Position numbers and translations under genes: made by a program. The notes beneath the pieces are model-generated. The model had not been told where the DNA came from, did no database searches, and saw nothing but the letters and a program-made list of their open reading frames with translations. From the NCBI GenBank assembly GCA_950097015.1, contig CATNEN010000030.1, forward strand, positions 1,364,001 to 1,428,000: a stretch of 64,000 bases of DNA. The letters are read 5' to 3'. Every line of letters begins with the position of its first letter. The stretch's first letter is position 1. The stretch comes from Macrostomum hystrix (Eukaryota > Animalia > Platyhelminthes). This document shows positions 9,550-19,645 of the stretch, piece by piece.

Positions 9550-12500
9550 TCAAGCAAAGCCCGCCATGTACAAATCCGGTGGCCGCCGCTCTCTAGCCGA
9601 TCGCCGCGGAACAATGACCGGCTCGGCCGGTGCCGCCGGCGGCTCCTCGTGTACCTCATCTGCCTGCAGCTCGGGCCAGAAGGCCACTGCATCGCCGCCA
9701 GGATCGGCCGCTTGCCCGGGCGGCTCTGCGGCGGTGCCGTCGTTGTCGGCGTCGGCGGCCGGCGGTCGACGGTCTGCAGCGGCTGGAAGCTCCAGTGACG
9801 CCCGCCGCTGCACGAAGCGCTTGAGGCGGTCGTGGTGCACCACCAGCCGGCGCCTGCGGCCAGCCTCGTCCTGGATGCGGTAATTGACCTCACCCAGGCG
9901 CCTCAGGACTCGGTACGGCCCCTTCCACTTGGCGCTGAGGCACCGTGTCTGGCCGCGCTTGATGACAGAGTTGCGCAGCATCACTAGCTGGCCCTCTTCG
10001 AACGGCACGAACCGAGAGTCCCGGTTGGCCAGCCGGTTGCGCTCGACCTGGGCGCTTCGCAGTCGGCTGTGCACCGTGTCGAAGGCGCTCTGCAGGTTCT
10101 CCTGAGTCCGCCGCAAGAAGCCGTGATGTTCACCGTCGGCTGCCGGCCGGTCGCCGCTTATCAGCCAACTGTCGAGAGCCAGCCTCGGTGGCCAGCCGTG
10201 GAGGACCTGGTATGGGCTGAGGCCGGTCGTCCTGTGCACGGAGGTATTGTAGGCCCAGGTCACATACGGCAGCTTGCTGTCCCAGTCCTGCTGGTTCTCG
10301 GCCACCGTCGTCGCCAGCATGTCACCGAGCGTCCGGTTGCCTCGCTCGACGATTCCGTTTCCGCTCGGATGAAACGGCGACGTGCGCGTCTTCTCGACGC
10401 CCAGCTGCTCGCAGAGCCGGCCGAACACCTCGCTCTCGAATTGACGCCCCTGGTCACTGTGCAGCACCTGAGGAGCACCGTGACGCAGAACTACCGACTT
10501 GAGCAGCGCATCTGCCACCGTCACCGCGTCGATCCCCGCCAGGGCTGCCGTCTCCATCCACTTGGAGAAGGCGTCGCACATGCTCAGGATGTACGCCTTG
10601 CCATCGGTCGTACGCGGAAGCGGCCCTTTGATGTCGATCTGCACCAGCTGCCACGGAGCCGTCGGCTGGCACGTCGACTGCAGCGGCGCTTTCTGCGGCT
10701 TGGTTGGACTCTTCTTGGCCAGGCAGACCGCGCAGCTGGCCACCCAGTTCTCGACGTCCCGTCGCAGACCAGGCCACCAGCAGCGCTCAGACAGCCTCGC
10801 TCCGGTCCTGTCGACGCCGAGGTGTCCGCTCTGGTCGCACGAGTGCGCCTGCTGCAGGAAATGTGGCCGCAGGTGACCGGGAATGACTGGCCGGCCACCC
10901 ACCAGCAGGACACCCGCCGAGCTCACCGAGGCCCCGTCCAGCAGCTCGCGAACCTGCGCCGCCCATGAATCGGACAGGCTGTCGACCCCTTCGGTCAGCG
11001 CCTGGAACGCCTTGCTCAGCAGCGGGTCTTGCCGTTGCTCCTCGTGTAGGCTGCTGTCGTCCCACCGAGGCTGCAGGCGCGTGCCGGCCACCCGGCTCAG
11101 CGCATCCGGCACGACGTTGTCCCTGCCAGGTCGGTACAGCAGCTCGAACGAAAACTGCTGCAGCGTCGAAAGCCATCGCGCCAGCCGACCTTCGGGGTCC
11201 TTCGTTGTCAGCAGACCTTGCAGTGGCCGGTGATCCGAGTAGACTCTGAAGTTCGGGACACTCAGCAGGTACGTCCTGAAGTGCTTCAAACTCCAGACCA
11301 GCGCCAGCAGCTCACGGTCGGTCGCCGAGTAGTTGCGCTCGGCCTTGTTGAGGGTGCGCGAGGCGAACGCCACAGGCAGCTCGGCGTCTCCGTGCAGCTG
11401 GCTGAGCACCGCCCCGACGGCGAACTGACTGCTGTCGCAGCTGAGCACGAACTGCTTGGTGAAATCCGGCAGCCTCAGCACCGGAGCCGTCGTCAGCTGA
11501 TCTTTCAACTCGTGGAACGCTCGCTCGCAGTCGCTGCTCCACTCAAAGTCCCTCGATTTCACGCTGACGTCATGCAGGACCCTCGCCGTCTGGCTGAAGC
11601 CTGGGATGAACCGGCGGTAGAACCCCAACATTCCGAGGAACCGCTTCACCTCCTCGGTCGTTGTTGGGCTGGGCATGCTGCGAATGGCCTCGACCTTGCC
11701 GGGATCCGGTGCGATGCCCTGCTCGCTGATCAGGTGTCCCAGGTACAGCACCCGGCGATGACCGAACGCGCTCTTGGCCTTGTGCAGCTTGAGTCCCGCG
11801 TCTCGCAACCGCTTGAAAACTTCCGCCAGCCTCTCTAAGTGGTCGTCGAACGTCCTGCTGAAGACAATGATGTCGTCGATGTAAGTCAGCACGGACTCCC
11901 AAGACAGGCCAGACATCACAAGCTCCATGAGCCGCTGGAACGTCGCCGGGGCGTTGCACATACCGAAGCCCATCTTGCAGAATTGCATCAGGCCGCGCGT
12001 CGAATAGAAGGCCGTCTTGTGCCGGTCCTCCTCCGCCACCTCCACCTGGTGGTAGCCCTGCCGGCAGTCGATGGTGGAGAACCAGGAGCATCCGACAAGC
12101 GCATCCATGGCCTGCTGCAGGTGCGGTAGCGGGTACGCGTCCCTGACGGTGCAGGCGTTGAGCTGCCGCCAGTCCGTGCACAGTCTGATGTCGCCGTCTT
12201 TCTTGCGGACTACCAGCAGGTTGCTGGCCCATGGCGATGTCGACGGCTCGATGATGCCGCTGTCCAGCATCTGGCCGATCTTTTTGTCCACCTGGCCTCG
12301 CACAGACAGTGGCAGCCTGCGCTGGACCTGCCGGTGTGGCCGCGCTCCGGGCACCAGCTCGATCTGGTGTTGCAGCAACGCCGTCGTGCCCAGGTCGTAC
12401 TCGTGCCTTGCGAACAGGTCCTCGTTGCGCTCCAGCAGCTGTCGCAGCCTCGCAGCATCCCGTTCGGGCAGCTCCGCGTTGATGTTCCAACCGACGGGGG

Positions 12501-13266
12501 TCTCATGGGCCGCCTCCTGGCGACCGTCCTCGTCTGTCATCGCGCCTTCGAACGTGCCGACCGCCTTGTTGGCGTACAGCAGCACGGGCTCCTCTGCCAG
12601 GTTGCACATTTTCACCGGGATGCGGCAGCCATCTGAGACCGCCAGCACGCGGGCCGGCAGGATGGCGGTGGACTTCACGAAGTCCTCAGACGGCTCAAAG
12701 ACTCCCTGCTCGCCGCTGGAATCCACCTTGAGCCACACGAGCTTCTCGCTGCGGGCGGGCAGCTCCGTAGTTGCCGCCACACGCGCCACCAGGACACTCG
12801 GTACCAGGCGACAGTCTGCTCGAGCCGGCTCGCTGCTGAAAGGCACAGTTGTACTATCAAACTTAACGACGCCTTCTTTAATGTCGATGGTCATCGCCTG
12901 CGACACCTCGCCGATGAAGTCCATGCCGATGATCAGGCTGGGCTGGATGCCGTCCACGACTGTGAAGCGATGGCGCACGCGGATGGTCTTGCCGATAGAA
13001 ACATCCGCTGCTGACAGGCCTAGGCAGCGCAGCCGGGATCCGTCGACAGCAGTCGGCAGCGCACCGATGTCGGTGCAGTCGATCTTGCACGGCAATCTGT
13101 CGAACAGTGACTTATCCATCAACGAAACTTGCGCGCCGGTGTCGAGCAGAGCGGGCGCTGACACGCTGCCAAAGTGCACCTTCACGAAGACTGAAGGCGC
13201 TGATCTAAGGGCCCCTTTTGAGCGGGTCGGTGCTGGCCCCAGGCTGCCGACCCTCAGAAGTTTCCC
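9550..13266 (-). CDS. pol: Gypsy Pol (protease, RT, RNase H, integrase with GPY/F module), probably made as Gag-Pol by -1 frameshift
   Basis: LLDTGA protease, YIDD RT, CDSS RNase H, HHCC and D,D,E integrase, WKGPY. Uninterrupted ORF. Confidence 0.95.
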   Translation of the reverse strand, partial: GKLLRVGSLGPAPTRSKGALRSAPSVFVKVHFGSVSAPALLDTGAQVSLMDKSLFDRLPCKIDCTDIGALPTAVDGSRLRCLGLSAADVSIGKTIRVRHRFTVVDGIQPSLIIGMDFIGEVSQAMTIDIKEGVVKFDSTTVPFSSEPARADCRLVPSVLVARVAATTELPARSEKLVWLKVDSSGEQGVFEPSEDFVKSTAILPARVLAVSDGCRIPVKMCNLAEEPVLLYANKAVGTFEGAMTDEDGRQEAAHETPVGWNINAELPERDAARLRQLLERNEDLFARHEYDLGTTALLQHQIELVPGARPHRQVQRRLPLSVRGQVDKKIGQMLDSGIIEPSTSPWASNLLVVRKKDGDIRLCTDWRQLNACTVRDAYPLPHLQQAMDALVGCSWFSTIDCRQGYHQVEVAEEDRHKTAFYSTRGLMQFCKMGFGMCNAPATFQRLMELVMSGLSWESVLTYIDDIIVFSRTFDDHLERLAEVFKRLRDAGLKLHKAKSAFGHRRVLYLGHLISEQGIAPDPGKVEAIRSMPSPTTTEEVKRFLGMLGFYRRFIPGFSQTARVLHDVSVKSRDFEWSSDCERAFHELKDQLTTAPVLRLPDFTKQFVLSCDSSQFAVGAVLSQLHGDAELPVAFASRTLNKAERNYSATDRELLALVWSLKHFRTYLLSVPNFRVYSDHRPLQGLLTTKDPEGRLARWLSTLQQFSFELLYRPGRDNVVPDALSRVAGTRLQPRWDDSSLHEEQRQDPLLSKAFQALTEGVDSLSDSWAAQVRELLDGASVSSAGVLLVGGRPVIPGHLRPHFLQQAHSCDQSGHLGVDRTGARLSERCWWPGLRRDVENWVASCAVCLAKKSPTKPQKAPLQSTCQPTAPWQLVQIDIKGPLPRTTDGKAYILSMCDAFSKWMETAALAGIDAVTVADALLKSVVLRHGAPQVLHSDQGRQFESEVFGRLCEQLGVEKTRTSPFHPSGNGIVERGNRTLGDMLATTVAENQQDWDSKLPYVTWAYNTSVHRTTGLSPYQVLHGWPPRLALDSWLISGDRPAADGEHHGFLRRTQENLQSAFDTVHSRLRSAQVERNRLANRDSRFVPFEEGQLVMLRNSVIKRGQTRCLSAKWKGPYRVLRRLGEVNYRIQDEAGRRRRLVVHHDRLKRFVQRRASLELPAAADRRPPAADADNDGTAAEPPGQAADPGGDAVAFWPELQADEVHEEPPAAPAEPVIVPRRSARERRPPDLYMAGFA
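13208..13266 (-). promoter_or_regulatory. -1 ribosomal frameshift signal: G GGA AAC followed by a stem/pseudoknot
   Basis: Slippery heptamer 13266-13260, 6-nt spacer, 7-bp stem GGGTCGG/CCGACCC, possible second stem GGGGCC/GGCCCT. Pol is in the -1 frame. Confidence 0.8.
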
Positions 13267-14048
13267 TGCGGCTGTCCAGTTGGTGTCGGGCACACCGCGG
13301 CGGAGTGACCTTTGCCTGAGCACCGGCTGCAGCGGATGCCGGTCGCCTTTGGGCACCGCCTAGCGATGTGACCCAGCTCGCCGCAGCTGAAGCACTTAAT
13401 GGGTCCCTTCTGACGCCTGTCTCTTCCGGGTGGTCCCGCTCGCACGCTGGCTGTCAGCTGCTGCATCTGCTGCTCCAGCTGGCTCAGCCGTCTGTCTTCC
13501 ACTGACACCGCAGCTGATGAGGCTGTAGTCGCGTGGCTCACCAGCTCAAGCCGCGCAGCTCTGTCGACGATGGCGGCCAGCGAACACGAGTCCACGTCCT
13601 GGTCCTTCAACAGCGCATCTCGCACGGCAGATGGCAGGAGGCGCATCAGGCGAAACTTCACGTCCTTTTCCCGAGCCGCCACGGAGTCGTCCGGGCGGGC
13701 CCGAAGGTGGAGAAGCTTCAGGCTGTAGGCCAGCTCCCTCAGCGACTCGTTAGGCTGTCGCTTACGCTCTTCAAAGTCCTCCATTGCTCTGTAGCAGCTT
13801 AGACTGTTGCCAAAGCACTCGATCAGCTTCTCCTTCAGCTTTTCATAGCTGGCTGACACGTCTTCTGGCTGCTCCCAGACGAAGATTTGTGCTTCTCCTG
13901 TCACCAGCAGTCTCAGCTTCTTTGCCTTCTTCTTGTCGTCCCATTCGCAGTCGTCGGCGAAGTCCTCAAACGTGCTGAGCCACGTTCTCACGTTGGAGTC
14001 GCCGCTAAACTTTGAAGGCAATAGACTGGCTTGCTCTGATTTGGCCAT
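13254..14048 (-). CDS. gag: Gypsy Gag, 264 aa, two CCHC zinc knuckles
   Basis: CFSCGELGHIARRC and CSRCSGKGHSAAVC. Confidence 0.93.
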   Translation of the reverse strand: MAKSEQASLLPSKFSGDSNVRTWLSTFEDFADDCEWDDKKKAKKLRLLVTGEAQIFVWEQPEDVSASYEKLKEKLIECFGNSLSCYRAMEDFEERKRQPNESLRELAYSLKLLHLRARPDDSVAAREKDVKFRLMRLLPSAVRDALLKDQDVDSCSLAAIVDRAARLELVSHATTASSAAVSVEDRRLSQLEQQMQQLTASVRAGPPGRDRRQKGPIKCFSCGELGHIARRCPKATGIRCSRCSGKGHSAAVCPTPTGQPQGNF

Positions 14049-14054
14049 AGTGAG

Positions 14055-14067
14055 ACCGCTGCCACCA
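14055..14067 (-). other. Primer binding site complementary to the tRNA-Leu 3' end
   Basis: TGGTGGCAGCGGT lies 1 nt from the 5' LTR and is complementary to ...ACCGCUGCCACCA, as recalled for Leu-AAG/UAG tRNAs. Confidence 0.8.
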
Positions 14068-14068
14068 G

Positions 14069-14266
14069 TGTAAGACCGTGGGTTAAGTTGTAGAACATAA
14101 CAATCGCGCCAGGAGCCCTCACTGGCTCACGCAAATATATTTAACGGCAAAGTTGGGGTGGGTGCAACCACCCTAAGCGAACGCACGCTGCAGCGCTAAA
14201 CCCCCCCACCCCAAACAAGCCGCGCGTGCACATCTAAGTGCACGCGCACCAACAAGCCAGACTACA
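14069..14266 (-). repeat. 5' LTR
   Basis: Direct repeat of 9317-9514. Confidence 0.95.
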
Positions 14267-14288
14267 ATTGCATTAAAATACAAATAAT

Positions 14289-16768
14289 ATGGTCAACAAG
14301 TGCTCTGCAGTCGGCTGCAAAAGTGGATACGCAAGCTCTGCAACGCCAGAAGTTGTGACTTTCCATTCTTTCCCACTAAAGAACCCAATCCTATTGGAAA
14401 AGTGGAAAAGAGCAATTCCCAATCAAGACCTGCAGCCTACGAAATATATGCGAATATGCTCACTGCACTTTGCGGACGAAGACTTTGTCCAAAAGTCTCA
14501 AGACTCATTTGGCGCCTGGCGCAAGAGGGACAGCAGCGAGCTGAAAAATCGATATTTGAGACCTGACGCTGTGCCCACCAGTTTTTAGAATGTACCGAAG
14601 TACTTGTCAGCTCCAAGGCAGCCAGTTCGAAGCACTTGTTCAGCAACGTCTTCTGCCCGAGTTGAATTAGACAATGTTCGGCTGTAGAATGAGATCGATG
14701 AATTTTTCGTCCAAGACTCAATTCTCAATTGCTCCGTCCGGGAGATGCAGGAGCTGCTCGACGCAGAGGAAAATCGGCCGGCTGGGTTTTTCACAAGCAT
14801 TTGCGACGGCCAGTTGTGCATCCACATGCTGGATGTCAACCCCATCTGCCGGATTTCCTGCTCCATCTGCATTGGGTCGGATTATCAGGTCTCCATCGGA
14901 ATCAATGGCTCCCTACTGTCAAAAAGCAAGGTGACCGATTTCACAGGCGAGGATGGCAAGGTCAGTACAGTGAGTGGTCTCATGAATCTGATGGCAAAAG
15001 TGAAGAACTGGAAGGAAAGTACAGATCTGTCTGAGTTGCCCGAGAAGCTGAAGGCCTCCTTGAGCTGGCCGAGGATAGCCTAGCCAGTGTTCTCGAGCTG
15101 AAAGAAGAGCGCTCTGTGGCATTTCTTAGGGAGCAGCTGCAGCTCAGCAGAACACAGAAGTCCGCGAAGCTAGAGCTAATCGTTTTAAGTTATATGATTT
15201 ACTCTATAAGTACATCAGCGTATAGTGCTCTTCAGGGGGTCGGTGGCAGAGCGGTTATCGCGTTTGCCTCTCGCACCAAGGTCCCTAAGTTCGATTCCAC
15301 GGCGAGGCCACATTTATTTGGGGCGCAGCCGCGGAGAGAAGGCTTGGGGGCTTGTCGTGCAATTTACGCCCTTGAGGGCCAACCTCCAAGGCACAGGAAA
15401 TGTACACTGCCTGACGATGAGAAAGTCAGGGCAGATGTACACACCTGTGTGAGCGTATGCCTGCGTACAGTATCTGAGTGCGTTTGCTCAGGAGTCAGCG
15501 AAATGGGCAGAATTGCCTCCTCGCTGGCTGCGGGTCTAGTGTCACCAAATGATGTGCCACTGCCCGCAGCCCTCCTGCAATTATTATTTATTATTATTAT
15601 AATAAATAATAATGCTCTTGGTGCTCTTCGTGACCAAGAGATTCTGCACCTCCCGTCTGTGAGAACGCTGCAAAATGTCACAAGACGAGTTGGAAAGGCC
15701 GGTCTGGATGAGCAGAGCTATCTTCGTTTCCGAGCTAGTAAATATAGATAAAATAACAGAACAGAAAATCAATGCATGGAGAACCATAGAATAGTAAAGT
15801 AATTGACAGCACTGAAATGTTAAACTTGTCTAAAATATTGCTTAAAAATTCAGACTTGGGAAAGCTCCGGCCACCGCGGCTTGTCCAGGGAGACCTTCCT
15901 TGCCTGTCGCAATACCTGCCGAGCCATCGCTGCCTGCGCGAGACACCTGCTCGATCACGACGGCTTTTCCTACATCCTGCTCGGTGCCCTCCAGTCTGAC
16001 AGCATCGAGCGCAGATTTGGGTGGCTTCGCCAGATGTCCGGAGCTAACTACTTCATTTCTGCCAGGCAGCTGTCCGAGAACAATCAAAAGATCGCAGCTA
16101 TTAGCTTGCTCAAATTTTCTCAGTTTTCGCTCCGCGATATCGATCGTGCGATCGCGGAGTCGACTCCCGAGCATGATTCTGGAATGAAGAGACTGGCTCA
16201 GGAGATGGCGGCAACGATGGAGTTGACTGTTCAGCCCGAAGGCTCCGACTACACCGTCATCTACTACATGAGCGGTTGCATTGCGAAGAAACTGGTGCAG
16301 AGCAGACGTGGCTGCGAGTCCTGCCGGGAGCTTCTTCTCGAGTCGGATGTTCTGACCCCGCTAGAAGTAGACGCTCCAATCCAGTCGACTGCCTCTGCCT
16401 TTATTGACGAGATTAACCGCGGCGGGTTGTCCAAGCCGACTGACGTAGTGTCCAACCTGGCGAGCCACAGCTGGAAGGTTTTTGAGGCAATTCGAAGGAG
16501 CGAAAAACTGCGAGGCCAGCTGCTCAGCGCCTCCAACCAGATGGTCTTGTTCACCAATCTCTTGGACGAGCTTATGGAGGACGACGTCTTCATGGAGAAT
16601 TTCTTTGGGCGCACGATCTGCTCTGAGGGCCACTGTATTCAAGGCGGCGTTGTCAAGTTCTTCTTCAACTGCATGATGAAAAACCTGTCGAAGGACTTGT
16701 CAACAGCGAGTTGCGCTGCAAGAAGCAGAAAAGTAGCCAAGCTTTCTGGTCTCTGCACTGACAAGTGA
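14289..16768 (+). pseudogene. THAP-domain P-element transposase pseudogene
   Basis: THAP C2CH domain ending AVPTSF. In-frame TAGs at 14586 and 14685, frameshift near 15060, SINE insertion in YSAL|RDQEILHLPSVRTL. Most of the catalytic core is missing; C-terminal QSDSIERRFGWLRQMSG is retained. Confidence 0.88.
15234..15620 (+). mobile_element. SINE family A inserted in the P transposase
   Basis: A and B boxes, TTA tail, TSD GTGCTCTTC at 15225-15233 and 15621-15629. Confidence 0.92.
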
Positions 16769-17433
16769 AGGTGCGCGCTGATAATTGTTAATCGCATTTG
16801 TGCATTGTATTGCTCTTTATTCTATGCTACTTCAATCTACAATATAGTAGTTTTTTCATTTCCACTCACTTTTTTTTCTGTATGTCTTATGATGCGATGG
16901 TTTCTTGTACAGGTTTCACAGTGAAAAGAAGCAACACTTGTGTTAAATACTGATATTTTAATGCTACTTTGTATTGCAATGCCCAATTTCTAAATGTAAA
17001 TTAACTGTAAATTGAAGCGCAGAACTTAATTTAAGTATTATTATCATTTAATCAATCACTATTAGAAGTATCATTAATAATAAAAAAAATTAAATCTTGC
17101 GATCCAGAAAAATGCAAATCATTTCTTTACGAAAATTTGTGAATTCAAAGTAAGAAAATTCGACGGTAATAAACTTCCACTTGAAATAATAGCTAAATTC
17201 TGAAAATCCTGTGTCCCTTTTTGGCTCACAGGATTGGCCGAAAACCGGCCTCAACTTGCAGGGGAGAAGAAAGACTTGCGGGTCCAGTTGTTATTTCTAG
17301 AAGTCTCTGTCTCCACTCCTCCAAGCGCAACTCCTCCATCACTGCTTCTCCATCACCACAGTCTCGTTGCTTTCTTGCCTATTTATCCAACACTTAGAAT
17401 TAACAGAGTTCAGTCTTCACCACTGCAATAAAA

Positions 17434-18480
17434 ATGCCCGCCTCATCTGCGGACCGCCAGCGACTCATCGCGGCCATTGAAAATGGAAGCTCACTAAGGG
17501 AAGCAGCGGCCGTCCTGCAACTGCCTATAGAATTGCCCGTCAGCATCGCCTAGAACGAAAAACTGAGGCGCTTCCTCGAGGTGGTCAACGATTTCTTAAA
17601 GTTGATGATGAAATGCGGCAATTTCTGAACCAGAAGCTGCAAGAGAACCCCTTCCAAACGTTAAAAGAGGTGGCCAACTGCATGGCTGCACAGTTTCCGG
17701 AGAAGCCTTAAGTGGGGTACAAGACGGTCGATCGGATGCTCCAAGGGATGCTATACACCCTGAAGCTCGGAACGAAGGGCAGTGACACCAGAGCGAGCTG
17801 CAATCTGCCTGAAAACATCGAGGCCCGGAGAGAATATGCCAACTTCATGCTGCACCTTGACGCCTCCGTACACATCGTCTATTTGGACGAAACTGGATTC
17901 AACTTGTGGCTACGGCGATCGCCGTGCTATCAGGGGTCGCCCTGTTAAGCGGACTGTGACGGCACAAAGAGGCCCAAACGTGACCGTCTGCATGGCTATC
18001 TGCGCAGAGTTTGGCCTGGTGCACTCGACCGTGCAGCGGGGTGGTCAGACGCTGGTTCGCTTCCAGGAGTTCATCAACTTCTTGGCAGAGCGATGCAATG
18101 AGCTCGATGCCGATGGAAGCTGGCTGGTTGTGATGGACGGCCCGCACTTCCACAGGGGAGCCAGAGTGCCGGAGCAACTACAAGAGAAGATCTCGATTCG
18201 CATCCTGCCGCCATACTTCCTCAACCCATCGGAACTGGCCAACAGTGCGCTGAAGGCATGGATCAAAAGCCGCTTGGCAGACGCTGGACTAGTCAACGAG
18301 GAGGCCGTTGCTCCAGATGGCGTCAACAAAGAGGAGTGGCGATTCATGCTGTTAGAGAGGGAGGCGCGCGAAGCGATTGACGACACAGTCACTGCTGGGA
18401 AGGCTGCCGCGTGGGACCTGCATTGCAGACGACTTTTGGGCAGTGTATTGAGGGACGGCTATTTCAACTCTTTACTTTAC
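17434..18480 (+). pseudogene. IS630/Tc1-type DDE transposase pseudogene
   Basis: HTH-like N-terminus, YLDETGFN, VMDGPHFH, LPPY(--)FLNPSE. Carries a stop and frameshifts. The 3' end is approximate. Confidence 0.85.
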
Positions 18481-18898
18481 TGTACTGTATCATCCAGTGT
18501 GTTCCTGTTTCCGTTATTCCGTTCAAGCTATTGGCTAGTCATATGGCTCAGAATGTATAAAAATAAAAGAATACGACGCATAGACCAATCGATTCTCACA
18601 TTGGATGGCTTTTATCACTTTGCTTGTCCTTTATTGTCTATGGCTCATAGGCTAGGCTGGACGCAGCTAGGCCCTTCGTATTAAGCGTAGGCAGGATTCT
18701 CACATTGGATGGCTTTTTATCACTTTGCTTGTCCTTTATTGTCTATGGCCCATAGACTAAGGCTGCACGCAGCCAGGCCCTTCGCAGTCAGCGTAGGCAG
18801 GATTCTCATTTTGGGTGGCTTTATTCTCAGTTAGGCTGACAAAACCAATACTAATCAGATGAAAAGGCATAAGTAGCCATCCTAATTCCTAATTCAGC

Positions 18899-19645
18899 TG
18901 ATCCTAATCCACCCTGATACTAATCCACCATGATCCTAATCCACCTGATCCTAATCCACCCTGATCCTAATCCACACTGATCCTAATCCGCCATGATCCT
19001 AATCCACCATGATCCTAATCCACCTGATCCTAATCCACCATGATCCTAATCCACCTGATCCTAATCCACCCTGATCCTAATCCACCCTGATCCTAATCCA
19101 CCATGATCCAAATCCACCATGATCCTAATCCACCCTGATCCTAATCCACCTTGATCCTAATCCACCCTGATCCTAATCCACCTTGATCGTAATCCACACT
19201 GATCCTAATCCACCTTGATCGTAATCCACACTGATCCTAATCCACCATGATCCTAATCCACCCTGATCCTAATCTACCTTGATCGTAATCCACACTGATC
19301 CTAATCCACCTTGATCGTAATCCACACTGATCCTAATCCACCATGATCCTAATCCACCCTGATCCTAATCCACCTTGATCGTAATCCACACTGATCCTAA
19401 TCCACCTTGATCGTAATCCACACTGATCCTAATCCACCCTGATCCTAATCCACCCTGATCCTAATCCACCATGATCCTAATCCACCCTGATCCTAATCCA
19501 CCCTGATCCTAATCCACCATGATCCTAATCCACCATGATCCTAATCCACCTGATCCTAATCCACCCTGATCCTAATCCACCCTGATCCTAATCCACCATG
19601 ATCCTAATCCACCCTGATCCTAATCCACCATGATCCTAATCCACC
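18899..19645. repeat. Minisatellite, 16-bp unit GATCCTAATCCACCCT
   Basis: Direct tandem repetition. Confidence 0.95.

Larger units (their letters stand above)
9317..14266 (-). mobile_element. Full-length Ty3/Gypsy LTR retrotransposon (4950 bp), apparently intact
   Basis: 198-bp TG...CA LTRs, 4-bp TSD ATTG, PBS, PPT, gag and pol with PR-RT-RH-INT order. Confidence 0.97.
9057..17309 (+). mobile_element. P-element superfamily transposon (THAP9-like), internally deleted, about 2.9 kb without its inserts
   Basis: Perfect 33-bp TIRs (9057-9089, 17277-17309), 18-bp subterminal IRs (9121-9138, 17245-17262), 8-bp TSD TCTCCACT (9049-9056, 17310-17317). Confidence 0.92.
8022..18850 (+). mobile_element. 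IS630/Tc1/mariner-type DNA transposon (about 1.8 kb net) with about 260-bp TIRs; host of the nested P element; left TIR split by a MITE and partly inverted
   Basis: Right TIR 18588-18848 followed by TA. Left TIR is the reverse complement of 8030-8241 (terminal TA at 8242-8243), plus the MITE TSD, plus 8983-9024. Confidence 0.85.

Noticed and set aside
10069-13802. Plus-strand ORFs up to 430 aa overlapping gag/pol
   Set aside because: Antisense shadows of a GC-rich coding region, with no recognisable domains.
14586-14690. Programmed readthrough or RIP-like mutation suggested by two TAG-AAT stops in the P transposase
   Set aside because: Two events are too few, and the same ORF also has a frameshift, a SINE insertion and a deletion, so ordinary decay explains it.
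18480-18684. C-terminal extension of the Tc1 transposase ORF to 18684
   Set aside because: It reads through the AT-rich 3' region into the TIR, consistent with a lost stop rather than real coding.
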